Notes: a model not told the origin generated them from the letters alone. A DNA stretch of 64,000 nucleotides from Actinomycetota bacterium (GCA_023481285.1 JAMCWL010000001.1:1539-65538); one strand, 5' to 3'. Positions 1 through 9,407 are shown, counted from the stretch's first letter. A program made the numbers and translations.

Positions 1-1
1 A

Positions 2-574
2 AATTCCTCAAGAAACAAGCAGGCCGTATCCGTTGTAAAAAAGGTCTCCAATAAAGCGGCCGACCGTGACTACACCTACGGCTTTTCTCTTAAGTACCCA
101 GATGGCTGGGGTGAGCTCGACCGGGATGCGCTCAGGCAGAAAGATCCGTTTGCGGTCGCCGGGTTTCGCAAGCTTGAAGACAAGTCAAACCCTTCTGTGA
201 TCGTTAAGATCGAGCGTGCGCAAAAAGCTACTCTCGACGGATTGATACCGGCGCTCCGCGAAAAAATGAAGTCCGAGCTTAAGGACTTTAAGGAGGAAAG
301 CAGCGGCAAGACGAAGCTGGGGAAGGCCGACGCCATCGAGATGACCTATACCTGGATGGCGGCCGCACCTGAAAAAACGGATAAAAAGAACGAAACCAGC
401 GAAGTCGGATATGGGGAGAAGAAGACCGAAAAAGCGCTTCCCCTTAAGCAGCGGATGATTATCGGCCTGAGGAACGGCTGGGCGTACTATCTCATCTCAA
501 GCGCAGAAGCGTCGGGATTTAACGAGGTTAAGGCGGAGTTTAATAAGATTATTACAACCTTTAACATGAACTAA
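2..574 (+). CDS. Partial CDS (5' end off-window); PsbP/DcrB-like (DUF1795-type) protein of unknown function
   Basis: Frame is open from the window edge to TAA 572-574; track ORF 197..574 is only its Met-initiated tail. The YTYGFSLKYPDGW-type motif is recalled from PsbP/DcrB-fold families (memory only). Confidence 0.5.
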   Translation, partial: NSSRNKQAVSVVKKVSNKAADRDYTYGFSLKYPDGWGELDRDALRQKDPFAVAGFRKLEDKSNPSVIVKIERAQKATLDGLIPALREKMKSELKDFKEESSGKTKLGKADAIEMTYTWMAAAPEKTDKKNETSEVGYGEKKTEKALPLKQRMIIGLRNGWAYYLISSAEASGFNEVKAEFNKIITTFNMN

Positions 575-615
575 GCGGTAAAGCGGTACCAAAGCGGTAC
601 CTGGTACCGTGCACG
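574..615. repeat. REP-like motif: three AGCGGTA(CC) units ending in the 15-nt palindrome CGGTACCTGGTACCG (595..609), followed by TGCAC
   Basis: Read directly. Lies immediately 3' of the RayT gene. The same palindrome recurs twice at 1327..1422 in inverted orientation relative to the GTGC/GCAC flank. Confidence 0.8.
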
Positions 616-1236
616 TTATATACCAGGCGTTTTGCTCCTAAAAAAGACAATTTCTCTCATCAACCGCTTTCTGTCCTTTCCGGGAATAACACCCTCTTCA
701 ATGTATTTGCAATATCTCAGCACTTGCACAGACGGTCGCATTCCAAGCAGACCAAGAACATGGCCGCGGTCGACAAGGCCGTGCGGTTGCTTAGGACTCC
801 TATCGAGATATGCGCTCATGCTGCACCATGGGTACTGATCGGGAGATGCGACCAGTCCGACGACTACCGGATTAAGGTGGACGTATCTTGTGGCTTCAAG
901 CAAATGGGCATCCGTTTCGATAATGCTCGCTTTATACCGTCCCTGAAAGAGATGGCCGATTCGTGTGTAAATTCGATTAAAGTACTTGGCATAGCGTAAA
1001 TTTAGAGTGTGCATTATCCGCGAGAGCGGCGCTTCATCGGTCTTTATGATGAGATGGGTGTGGTTTTTCATAAGGCAGTATGCAAGGAGCCTGAACTCGT
1101 AAAGATTCTTGCTCGCTTTGATAGTATCCAAATAAAAGAGGCGATCGTCATCGGTGAGAAAGACATCCTCTCGGTTATCTCCTCTAGTGTATGCATGGTA
1201 TATGGCCCCTTTATACTCGATCCGCGGCTTTCTCAT
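616..1236 (-). mobile_element. REP-associated tyrosine transposase (RayT; IS200/IS605 TnpA-like Y1 HUH enzyme)
   Basis: 206-aa ORF with an HUH-type motif (MKNHTHLII) and a downstream conserved Tyr region (ATRYVHLNP), typical of Y1_Tnp/COG1943. Flanked on both sides by palindromic repeats. Confidence 0.85.
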
Positions 1237-1326
1237 GATGACCCCCTATCTAAAATGCACAATTGTGCAATTACATAAATTCGATAGAGCCTCTCGAATT
1301 CCTTCAAGATACAGAAATTGACCATT

Positions 1327-1422
1327 TTACAGGTAAAATTGCTGGCAGGGGAATTGTGCGGTACCTGGTACCGGTTACAGGTAAAATTGCTGGCAGGGGA
1401 ATTGTGCGGTACCTGGTACCGG
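1327..1422. repeat. Perfect tandem duplication, 48 nt x2, each copy ending in GTGCGGTACCTGGTACCGG
   Basis: Copies 1327..1374 and 1375..1422 are identical by eye. Located between the RayT 5' region and the ppsA stop (1423). Confidence 0.9.
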
Positions 1423-3753
1423 TTATGCTACCTCCGGCGGTTTCCTCAACTGCTTCTCAAGCTTCTCAATGCGTTCGAGGCGCCTGAGAAGGATCTTCTG
1501 CTCGGCGGCGGCGACAATCTTGCGCACGGACTCGATGACGTCCGGATTTACGGAGATGGATGTGATGCCGAACTCGACGAGCATCTCCGCGATCTCGGGA
1601 TATACGGAGGGCGCCTGTCCACAAAGCGAACTAGTTACACCATGCTCCTCCGCCTTCTCGATCACGGTTTTTATCGCCATCACGACGGCCGGATTGCGCT
1701 CGTCAAACTCGGCGGCGAGCAGCTCAGAGTCCCGGTCGATTCCCAGGATGAGTTGAGTAAGGTCGTTTGAGCCGATGGAGACGCCGTCGATACCACTCCG
1801 GCAGAACTCGTCAATCAGAAAGACGTTCGACGGCACCTCGACCATCATCCAGAGCTTGAAGTCGGGCGTCGGACGCAGGGCTTCCAAGTCGAGAATCTGC
1901 CCGATCCGCGAGAGTTCGTCAAGGGTACGGACGAAAGGTATCATGAGGTGCAGGTTTTTCAGCCCCCATTCTTTCCGCACCTTTTTGAGGGCGGCGAGCT
2001 CCAGGCGAAAGAGGTCGGGCTCCTTCACGTAGCGGGAGGCTCCCCGATAGCCGATCATCGGATTACCCTCGACCGGCTCATACTTATCGCCGCCCTTAAG
2101 GTTACGGTACTCGTTCGTCTTGAAGTCCGTCGCCCGGTAGACGACCGGTCTAGGGAAGAAAGCCTGGGCGAAGGTCTTTAAGCCCGCGGCCAACTTGTCC
2201 ACAAACTCATCGCTCCTGCCGTCTTCCATCATCGCCCTGGGGTGTTCGCCAATTCCGGCGATCATGAACTCGGCCCTCAGAAGGCCCACTCCGTCGACAG
2301 GTCGAGCCGCCACCTCCTCCGCCAGCTCCGGCTCGCCAAGGTTAACGTAGATCTTGGTAGCTGTCACCGGGACAACCTCGGCGGGGGCCGGCGGCGCCAT
2401 CTTGCGCTCGATCGCCTCGGCTGCCGGAACTTTAACCTCACCGCTCATGACGAGGCCCTTTGACCCGTCAACCGTGATCAACTGGCCGTCTGACAGGGTT
2501 TTTGTCGCAGATCCCGTCCCGACGGCGCAAGGGATCCCGAGCTCCCGGGAGACGATCGCCGCGTGGGCGGTTCGTCCTCCGGTATCGGTCACGATGGCCG
2601 CGGCACGGCGCATGGCCGGGACGTAATCAGGAGAGGTCATCGTGGTGACCAATACATCGCCCTGCTTGACCTTGTCGATTTCATCGGCGCTTAAGATTAC
2701 CCTCACCGGCCCGGAGGCGACGCCGAAGGAGGCGGCAACGCCTTCGAGGAGCACCTTGCCTTCTGGAGCAGGAGCCGCCGGTTTCTCCTCCCTCACCGCC
2801 TTCTTAAGCGTGGTAACGGGCCTCGTTTGAACGAGATAAATCTTTCCGCCTGCGATCGCCCATTCGATGTCCTGAGGGAAGCGGTAGTGCTCCTCGACTT
2901 GCCGTCCCAGCTCGGCGAGCTCTTTGATCTCCCGCTCGGAGAGCTTCCGGGCCTCGCCCTCCACGGGCGGGACGTCGACGTGGCGGTTCTTTTCGTCGAC
3001 CATCGCTATCTTCCAGGTCTGCTTCGCCACTTTTACATCGATCATATCGAGGGTCTTCTTATCCACCAGGTAGCGGTCTGGGGTGATCGCGCCGGAGACG
3101 ACCGTTTCGCCGAGGCCTAGGCCCGCCTCTATTTCGATCTTCGCCTCGTCGTTCGTCACCGTATCGAGGGTGAACATGACGCCGGACTTTTCCGACTGGA
3201 CCATTATCTGGATTGGAACGGCGATGCCCACTTTAAAGTGGTCGAAACCGTGTGTGGCCCGGTAAAAGATGGCGCGCGCTTCGAAAAGGGAGGACCAGAC
3301 CGCCTGGACGGTATTGACGACGTGCTCAGCGCCGGTGACGTTGAGGAAAGTGACCTGCTGTCCGGCGAAGGAAGCAGCCGGCAGGTCCTCAGCCGTCGCC
3401 GAGGAGCGGACAGCGACGTAGATTTTCTTTCCCCTGGCGAGCCGCTCGTAGGCCGTAACGATGGCGCCCGCAATCTCGGTGGGCATCTTCGCCGTCAGGA
3501 TCGTCTCCTTGATCCGCCAGCTCGCCTCGTTAAGGGCCTTGTTGTCCTCAACGTCGAGATTTTTGAGTATCGATGCTATCTTCTCCCTGATCCCCGTCTT
3601 GCCGAGGAAGCTGAAATAGTCGCTCGATGAGACGACGAAACCCGGCGGCACGGGAAAACCGGCGTTGGCCATCTCGCCGAGATTGGCACCCTTGCCTCCC
3701 GCTTCCCTCACGTTGTCCTTGGTTATCTCGGAAAACCAGAGTATGGTGTTCAT
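1423..3753 (-). CDS. ppsA: Phosphoenolpyruvate synthase (pyruvate, water dikinase)
   Basis: 776 aa with an N-terminal ATP-grasp (GGKGANLGEM), a phosphohistidine swivel region (TGGRTAHAAIVSRELGIPCAVG) and a C-terminal PEP-utilising domain. SD AGGAGG lies 7 nt upstream of the ATG. Confidence 0.93.
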   Translation of the reverse strand: MNTILWFSEITKDNVREAGGKGANLGEMANAGFPVPPGFVVSSSDYFSFLGKTGIREKIASILKNLDVEDNKALNEASWRIKETILTAKMPTEIAGAIVTAYERLARGKKIYVAVRSSATAEDLPAASFAGQQVTFLNVTGAEHVVNTVQAVWSSLFEARAIFYRATHGFDHFKVGIAVPIQIMVQSEKSGVMFTLDTVTNDEAKIEIEAGLGLGETVVSGAITPDRYLVDKKTLDMIDVKVAKQTWKIAMVDEKNRHVDVPPVEGEARKLSEREIKELAELGRQVEEHYRFPQDIEWAIAGGKIYLVQTRPVTTLKKAVREEKPAAPAPEGKVLLEGVAASFGVASGPVRVILSADEIDKVKQGDVLVTTMTSPDYVPAMRRAAAIVTDTGGRTAHAAIVSRELGIPCAVGTGSATKTLSDGQLITVDGSKGLVMSGEVKVPAAEAIERKMAPPAPAEVVPVTATKIYVNLGEPELAEEVAARPVDGVGLLRAEFMIAGIGEHPRAMMEDGRSDEFVDKLAAGLKTFAQAFFPRPVVYRATDFKTNEYRNLKGGDKYEPVEGNPMIGYRGASRYVKEPDLFRLELAALKKVRKEWGLKNLHLMIPFVRTLDELSRIGQILDLEALRPTPDFKLWMMVEVPSNVFLIDEFCRSGIDGVSIGSNDLTQLILGIDRDSELLAAEFDERNPAVVMAIKTVIEKAEEHGVTSSLCGQAPSVYPEIAEMLVEFGITSISVNPDVIESVRKIVAAAEQKILLRRLERIEKLEKQLRKPPEVA

Positions 3754-4044
3754 GACAATACCTCCTAAAGACGTTTTTCCACGTCAAAGGGTAGGCCAAA
3801 CGGAGGGATACTCGGTTGAGGAAGCTGGCAACTTCAAGCGATAAGGTTGCTCAGCGACGGCATTCCGGTCGGGATATCGCTGTTTAAATGGGTTGGATTT
3901 GCCGTCGCTCTCTTTCCATTTATCTTGTGCGGATTGCTTCGGCCTTTGCTATACTGGATACGTGGTGGTTTTGTATAGCAGGATTTCGATAGAAAAAGTG
4001 GCGTTTGTCTGGAAAACCAGGGTAGGCGAGTGGTATCATCATCC

Positions 4045-4082
4045 AGTAGTAGTCGTCTCTATTAGTAGTAGTCGTCTCTATT
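4045..4082. repeat. Perfect tandem duplication, 19 nt x2 (AGTAGTAGTCGTCTCTATT), about 60 nt upstream of the M56 peptidase gene
   Basis: Read directly: 4045..4063 equals 4064..4082. Confidence 0.85.
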
Positions 4083-4144
4083 CAGAGCGCTTGAATTGTG
4101 AAAGCGCATAAGCTGAAGCCGATCGTTCTAACAGTGGTGGATAG

Positions 4145-5176
4145 ATGGTATTAACGGTCATCGATCGCGTCGCTCGTGCTTTCTTGGACTCTTTATACAT
4201 GTTCGCTCTGGTTGCCGTCATTATCAAGCTCTTCAGGGTCAAGAATCCTTCGATCAGAATACTCCTCTACCTCGTGGCCATCTTTCGGCCGGTCGTCCTT
4301 CTCTTTGACGGCTTTTATGTAAAAGGTCTCTCCGGCTTTATTAGGCCGCTAATACGCTTTGTCGATCCGACGGGTCTTATTACCGGGGTGCAAGAGGGAC
4401 CAACGTTTTTTTATACCGCCTTCAACGGTAATTACGCCAGCAAGATACTTGCCTTAATCATTTTGAGCGCTATTCTTCTGATCGTCTTTCATCTAGCTAA
4501 GCTGGCTCTCTTCTATTCTATGTTTAAGCGCCTTACAGCAGTGCAATCTTCAAGGCATAAAGAGCTTGAAAATATCGTTGATGAGTTGGCTCGCTTAGCT
4601 AAAACGACTAAGCCGAAGCTCCGGATCGTGGACACCCGCTATCCGACGCCCTTTACGGTCGGCTGGATCGAACCGACGATCATCGTCTCCAAAGCCTTCG
4701 CCGAAACGATCTCGACGGGGTCGATCAGGTTGGCCCTGGCCCACGAGATCTCACACGTCAAGAATGGAGATAACGCGGTCAGGTGGTTGGCCGTCGTCGG
4801 GCGGGACATCATGTTCTTCAGCCCGTTCGCCTGGCTTGCATACAAGCGAATAGAGCGGGAGATGGAGAAAGCCTGCGACAGCATGTCCGCGGAGTACGCT
4901 GGGAAAAGTTGTAAAGATGTGGCGGGTATGCTCGTTGAGGTAGCCGAGCACTATTTCAATCTCAAGGTGAAGCCCCTACCGCTCCGTTACGAAATCAGCA
5001 GCATGGCTTCTAACAGAGGTTTGTTGTCAGAGAGAATCGACTCACTGGACGGCGGCGGCATTCCGACCAAGACCTCTCTTAGGAAGAAGATCAGCATTGC
5101 CGTGGGTTGCTTGATACTATTCTTGCTCCAGATTGCTCCAGTTTTTGACATAGGCGGACGTGTGGTGGTTTTTTAG
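4145..5176 (+). CDS. Membrane metallopeptidase, M56 (BlaR1/MecR1-like) / M48 family
   Basis: 343 aa with several N-terminal TM helices and an HExxH motif (LAHEISHVKNGD). No adjacent BlaI; a BlaI-family gene lies at 11555..11905. Confidence 0.7.
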   Translation: MVLTVIDRVARAFLDSLYMFALVAVIIKLFRVKNPSIRILLYLVAIFRPVVLLFDGFYVKGLSGFIRPLIRFVDPTGLITGVQEGPTFFYTAFNGNYASKILALIILSAILLIVFHLAKLALFYSMFKRLTAVQSSRHKELENIVDELARLAKTTKPKLRIVDTRYPTPFTVGWIEPTIIVSKAFAETISTGSIRLALAHEISHVKNGDNAVRWLAVVGRDIMFFSPFAWLAYKRIEREMEKACDSMSAEYAGKSCKDVAGMLVEVAEHYFNLKVKPLPLRYEISSMASNRGLLSERIDSLDGGGIPTKTSLRKKISIAVGCLILFLLQIAPVFDIGGRVVVF

Positions 5177-5185
5177 GCCCCTCCA

Positions 5186-6574
5186 TTAGTCGGAATCAAG
5201 GGTCGGTCCTCGGCTGAAATCTAAGGTTCTTACTATCAACTTGTCGCCTATTCTCTCCAGATACGTGTCGATGAGCTTCCGGATTGATCCGCAGTACGGC
5301 TCGTAAAGCGAGTCGTTTACGGCAAGCGCCGAGTAGGCGCAGCCGCCCCCGCAGATGAACGCGAGCTCGCAGGAGCGGCACTTCTCGATGGTGGCGACGT
5401 TTCTCTTTCCCCACTGCGAAGCCTTATCTTCAAAGAGCGCGAAATCCGGACGATAACGGCCGATCGCGTAATCGGCGCTCCCCATGCACTCTGAGCAGGC
5501 GTAGATAAATCCATCCGGCCCGAATTCGAAGGCTTCAAGGTTGTTGGCCTCACAGTAAAAGAGCCAAGGCCTCCCTGACTTACCGCTCTCAACCACGGCT
5601 TTCAGGTGACTCAGCGAGCGAAACATTCCCAGATTAAAGATGCGTGCCGCTGAGGCGTCCGCTTCAAGGAGATCCATGATCGGACCGAGAAGCTCCCACT
5701 CCTCCATCAGGTATGGGTTGCCGCCTGAACGGGTGTGATCTACAACCGGCGACAGGTTGCAGGCAAAGCGCTCGCGATCTGGCCAGCCAAACTTGCCGAC
5801 CAGATGCGCCATATCTCCGAGGTAGGGCAGGTTCTGCGAATCCACGTTTATTCTCAGGTTGACCGGTATGCCCAGATCGAGGAGGAGATTGACCGACCTA
5901 ACGACCGCATTGTAGGTCCCTCCTCCGCCGGCCGTGATTCGGCGCTCGTCGTGTATCTCTTGCGGGCCGTCAAGCGTCACCTGTACCTTGAGCGAAGAAG
6001 CGAACGCCCTAAGTTCTTCCTCGAATGAGGGGCCGTTCACGCCGTTGGTCGCGATAGATACGGGAAATGCGCGCTCGGACGCCAGTTCAAGCACCCTCCT
6101 TACCGCCAGTCTGTTGCAAGGCAGCAGCGGCTCTCCGCCGAACAGGGCGATCATCTTGGGGAGATTGGATTCTCCCGAAGAGATGGAATCGATGGCGGCA
6201 AAGACGAGGTCGACGTCTTTTATGCTCATCACCGGCGACCCTTTGGCCACCCGGTCCTTCTCGAAGCAGTAGGCGCAACGGAGGTTGCAGGAGTAGGTGG
6301 GGGATATCGAAAACCTGAGCATCCGCCGCTTCGGCGCGTGCAGGCTGAGGACTTTCTCGACGATGGCCTTCTCGTCCGCTTCACTTAAGAAGAGGTGGCC
6401 CCGGGCGAGGAGCTTTTGGCGGAGCGCCGGGTCGAGCGGCCCGGCGCCCTTTCTTGATTTCAGCGCTACTCCGGTTCTCCGGTCGACGATATCGACCGCT
6501 CCGGTCAGACCGTTGACCAGGAGTGAGAAGGCCTCGGAAATCTCGTGAATGATCAGGTACCGTGAGGAGATCAT
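5186..6574 (-). CDS. Radical SAM / SPASM-domain peptide-modifying enzyme (start revised to internal Met19 of track ORF 5186..6628)
   Basis: CxxxCxxC (CNLRCAYC) and a C-terminal SPASM cysteines block (CRSCELAFICGGGC plus upstream C..G....C). From Met19 the N-terminus reads MISSRYL..FSLLVNGLTGAVDIVD, the usual start of peptide maturases. The upstream 18 aa are a hydrophobic extension overlapping a better-supported small ORF. Confidence 0.88.
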   Translation of the reverse strand: MISSRYLIIHEISEAFSLLVNGLTGAVDIVDRRTGVALKSRKGAGPLDPALRQKLLARGHLFLSEADEKAIVEKVLSLHAPKRRMLRFSISPTYSCNLRCAYCFEKDRVAKGSPVMSIKDVDLVFAAIDSISSGESNLPKMIALFGGEPLLPCNRLAVRRVLELASERAFPVSIATNGVNGPSFEEELRAFASSLKVQVTLDGPQEIHDERRITAGGGGTYNAVVRSVNLLLDLGIPVNLRINVDSQNLPYLGDMAHLVGKFGWPDRERFACNLSPVVDHTRSGGNPYLMEEWELLGPIMDLLEADASAARIFNLGMFRSLSHLKAVVESGKSGRPWLFYCEANNLEAFEFGPDGFIYACSECMGSADYAIGRYRPDFALFEDKASQWGKRNVATIEKCRSCELAFICGGGCAYSALAVNDSLYEPYCGSIRKLIDTYLERIGDKLIVRTLDFSRGPTLDSD

Positions 6575-6690
6575 CAGCTTGCCAACCAACACAAGAACCA
6601 GCAGCAAAGCGGGCCGGGTGTGTCGCATGCCTTTTCATCCTGCGCGTCCATGATGTGCCAGAGTTCGCCCTCGCCGTTCAGGGATAACAT
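6574..6690 (-). CDS. Candidate RiPP precursor peptide, 38 aa: MLSLNGEGELWHIMDAQDEKACDTPGPLCCWFLCWLAS
   Basis: Hand-translated and below the track size cutoff. SD GGAAAGGAGG lies 5 nt upstream of ATG 6690. Stop TGA 6576..6574 overlaps ATG 6574..6572 of the rSAM (TGATG). Acidic leader-like N-half, 4 Cys and 2 Trp in the last 17 aa, and mostly G/C at third codon positions. Confidence 0.45.
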   Translation of the reverse strand: MLSLNGEGELWHIMDAQDEKACDTPGPLCCWFLCWLAS

Positions 6691-7054
6691 ATCAACCTCC
6701 TTTCCTCGCTTACCATCAGGTCAATATGTTAAGAGTCGATACGGCTTGCAACTTATGGCTGCACCGGCGCTCGGCCTTGATGCATGGACTTTTGAAAGGA
6801 GTACGGACGGATCACTTCCGGTGCCGTCAAACCAACAGAGCGCTTGCTTGCTTAATTGTTTTATCGGCAGACCGTACCCAAACTTGAGAGAAAAAAAGAT
6901 CAGAGGCGGTGCTTGGTAAGTGTCGCTCCAACACATAAGCGCTTTCAATAAAGAAATAGGCACACTTATGTATTTAGAGCACGCTATCACATGCTCTAAA
7001 GGGCATACCGGCGTGCCCCTATGGACCAAGCGCCCTTTTAATGAGAGAGACGTC

Positions 7055-8077
7055 CTACTTGAAGATTTCCGGGGGTACTTCAAGGTGATCGGCGGGGGTC
7101 AATCCCTCGTTTCCGATGTAGTATACCTGCCAGACGCCGTCGACTCGCTTGGCGATAACCCCGGCGCCAAGCCGGTATTTCTTCGCATGTATCCTGGCAA
7201 AGGCCCAATCTCCTTTGATGCCCATGTAGTCGACGAGAAAGCCGTCCGCCTTCATCTCGGAGGCGATAAGATTGCTCTCTTTGAGGGTGGCGGTTATAGC
7301 TATGCGGTCCGGATCGTCGGGCACTGAGGTAACGACGCGCGCCGTTGTCGCCCAGAGATCGTCGGGGCTCTCGGGATAACTCGAGCGGAGCAGGTTCGTA
7401 CCGACCGCGACGAGCTGCCAACCACCCGCCTCGTTCTTCCTCAGGATCGCTGCGGCGCCGTCAAAATGGTCGTCGCCCAGCCCGAAGCGACTCCAATCAA
7501 GCCTCGCCCAGTCGCCGTAGACGAGCACCCGGCTGATGTGCGCGACGACCGCGTTGAGGTGGCGAGCGGGTATCATTCCCGACTTATCCTCTCGAATGGC
7601 GGCGATGATCGGCGCGTATGCCGGGTTCGCCTCGAACCCGCTGGGGCTCGGCGTCGCCTCCGTCGCCGGCTTTGGCGGCACGGGCTTCTCTTCGATCTTG
7701 GGGAGGGCCGGCTTTAGCGAGGCCGCTTTCTTGGTCGTGGTTTCCTTGGGCCGTTCCACCTTTTCGACTCTGGTGGGGGAGATCGAGAGCCTGACGGTAT
7801 TCAGGGCTTTCGAAATCACGCCCATCCCAATCCCGGCCGATGCGAGCAGGACGACGGCGAGCGCGGCGGTGGCCATCAAGCCGGCCCTTGCTCTTAACCT
7901 TCTGCGAAGCGGCGCCCTGAAAGCCATCTCCGACCCTCCCAGAATCTCGTTCCTGTAGAACTCGCCCGTCTCTTCCAGCGCTCTCTCGATCTCAGGTTCG
8001 GCCTCCACCTCATCGCTGGCGGGCATCTCATCCTCCATCAATCTCGTGAAGAGATCGATCTTCTCCTCTTTCGACAT
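7055..8077 (-). CDS. Single-pass membrane protein with acidic cytoplasmic N-terminus (anti-sigma-like topology) and an extracytoplasmic domain of unknown function
   Basis: 340 aa with a TM segment (LMATAALAVVLLASAGIGMGVI). Sits directly downstream of a sigma region-4-like gene. Hairpins at about 6955..7010 look like its terminator. Confidence 0.65.
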   Translation of the reverse strand: MSKEEKIDLFTRLMEDEMPASDEVEAEPEIERALEETGEFYRNEILGGSEMAFRAPLRRRLRARAGLMATAALAVVLLASAGIGMGVISKALNTVRLSISPTRVEKVERPKETTTKKAASLKPALPKIEEKPVPPKPATEATPSPSGFEANPAYAPIIAAIREDKSGMIPARHLNAVVAHISRVLVYGDWARLDWSRFGLGDDHFDGAAAILRKNEAGGWQLVAVGTNLLRSSYPESPDDLWATTARVVTSVPDDPDRIAITATLKESNLIASEMKADGFLVDYMGIKGDWAFARIHAKKYRLGAGVIAKRVDGVWQVYYIGNEGLTPADHLEVPPEIFK

Positions 8078-8129
8078 GTCGCGCTCCCTTAGTCCCTTAG
8101 GGGACGTTCTTTAACTAAGTAAACTAACT

Positions 8130-8477
8130 CTAAAACTCGAACTCAGGAAAGGCTTCCAATATTTTTCTCAACCTGGATAATGCCCGTGATTTATCCTTTC
8201 TGAGCTGTTCTTTTGTTATCCGGCCGCCGCTCCTCTCGACGATTTCGTCGGGTTCGACCGATTCGAAATAGAGGAGGTGAAGCAGGAGCCACGACCGGCG
8301 ATATCTCCGTCTGAGCTCCTCCATCGCCATTAGGAGGGCGCGCACTCTAACGGGGACCTCGTCCGATCGCCGGAGCGCCCTTCTAATAGGCTCCGTCTCG
8401 ATCATCAGCAGCGCATCTATCTCTTCAAGTTTTTGGCGACCGGTCTCCCGGCGGGCTGCGTCTTCTTTCTTGAGCAC
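8130..8477 (-). CDS. Small HTH protein resembling sigma-70 region 4
   Basis: 115 aa. The C-terminal half (ESVEPDEIVERSGGRITKEQLRKDKSRALSRLRKIL) looks like a region-4 HTH. Function inferred only. Confidence 0.5.
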   Translation of the reverse strand: MLKKEDAARRETGRQKLEEIDALLMIETEPIRRALRRSDEVPVRVRALLMAMEELRRRYRRSWLLLHLLYFESVEPDEIVERSGGRITKEQLRKDKSRALSRLRKILEAFPEFEF

Positions 8478-8618
8478 CGCTGAACCTCTCGCATTCTGAA
8501 ACAGCGTCCAGGCGCTTTGTCTCTACTTTAAGTTTAGCACTACGGTCGCAAAAATACGCGTGGTTGTCGGCGGTAAGTGAGTTACATCAGCTTTCGTTTA
8601 CCTCAGATGTAACGCGAT

Positions 8619-9407
8619 TCAAATCTCTTGATGCTCAAGGACATATGCGGCCGCCGCTATCATGACCACCGAGGCGGCGATGGATATGGCGATGGCCGGA
8701 TAGGTCTTCGAGAACGCCTGGCTCCCGGTGGCGATCTTAAGGGCCATGCCCGGAAGAGCGCCCGGCGAGTACTTCTCCAATCCGCGGCCGAGGCTGGCCA
8801 GTATGGAGAGGGCGAAGACCGAGAGGAGGGCCAGACCTCCAGCTCCCATCTGATGCTTGAGCAGCGCGCTGAAGAAGATCGTTATCGATAAGACCAGTAG
8901 GGCGAAGGCGGCGAATGCTAACGTTGAGAGAGCAATTGGTCGGAACGGCGCTTTATCAAAGAGCAGGATGGTGTAGAGATAGCACGCCCCAAGCCCCATG
9001 GCGCCCGAAGCGGCCAGGAGCCCAGTTTGGGAGAGGAACTTGGAGACGACGATTGAAGTGCGGGCGATCGGCTTGGTGACGACCAGCGCAAGCGTGCCGC
9101 GCGTCTTCTCCTCGGAGATCAGGCCCATGGAGGTCAGGATGAGCGCGAGAATACCGAACTGAGAGAGGTTCTTGAACCATTGGCCGTAGGCGTCGACCGC
9201 CGTCGGCTCAGGTATTTTAATCTGTCCGAAAATCTGCTGCTGGGTCTTGTCCGCTTGTATCGCGGCTTTGACCAGCGCCGGCGTGAACTTGGCCGTCACC
9301 GGGCTCAAGACGCCGAAGAAGATGAATATCAGGGGAATCACCCAGATGCGGTAGGTTCTTAAGATAGCCTTGATCTCTTTCTTAAAAAAGACGCAACCGC
9401 TTCTCAT
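8619..9407 (-). CDS. ABC-2 type transporter permease
   Basis: 262 aa, about 6 TM helices. 4-nt overlap with the upstream ATPase gene. Confidence 0.8.
   Translation of the reverse strand: MRSGCVFFKKEIKAILRTYRIWVIPLIFIFFGVLSPVTAKFTPALVKAAIQADKTQQQIFGQIKIPEPTAVDAYGQWFKNLSQFGILALILTSMGLISEEKTRGTLALVVTKPIARTSIVVSKFLSQTGLLAASGAMGLGACYLYTILLFDKAPFRPIALSTLAFAAFALLVLSITIFFSALLKHQMGAGGLALLSVFALSILASLGRGLEKYSPGALPGMALKIATGSQAFSKTYPAIAISIAASVVMIAAAAYVLEHQEI

Noticed and set aside
6575-6628. The annotated N-terminal 18 aa of the radical SAM ORF (MRHTRPALLLVLVLVGKL).
   Set aside because: A hydrophobic signal-like extension is atypical for cytoplasmic rSAM enzymes and has a weak RBS. It is the alternative frame of a small ORF with a consensus SD and a TGATG junction at Met19. 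It is kept as the alternative start only.
6721-7327. ORFs 6721..7083 (minus) and 6920..7327 (plus) in or near the spacer upstream of the rSAM locus.
   Set aside because: One overlaps the end of 7055..8077 and crosses its terminator-like hairpins; the other is antisense to that gene. Neither has an RBS or a recognisable domain. No second precursor-like peptide with a good SD was found there.
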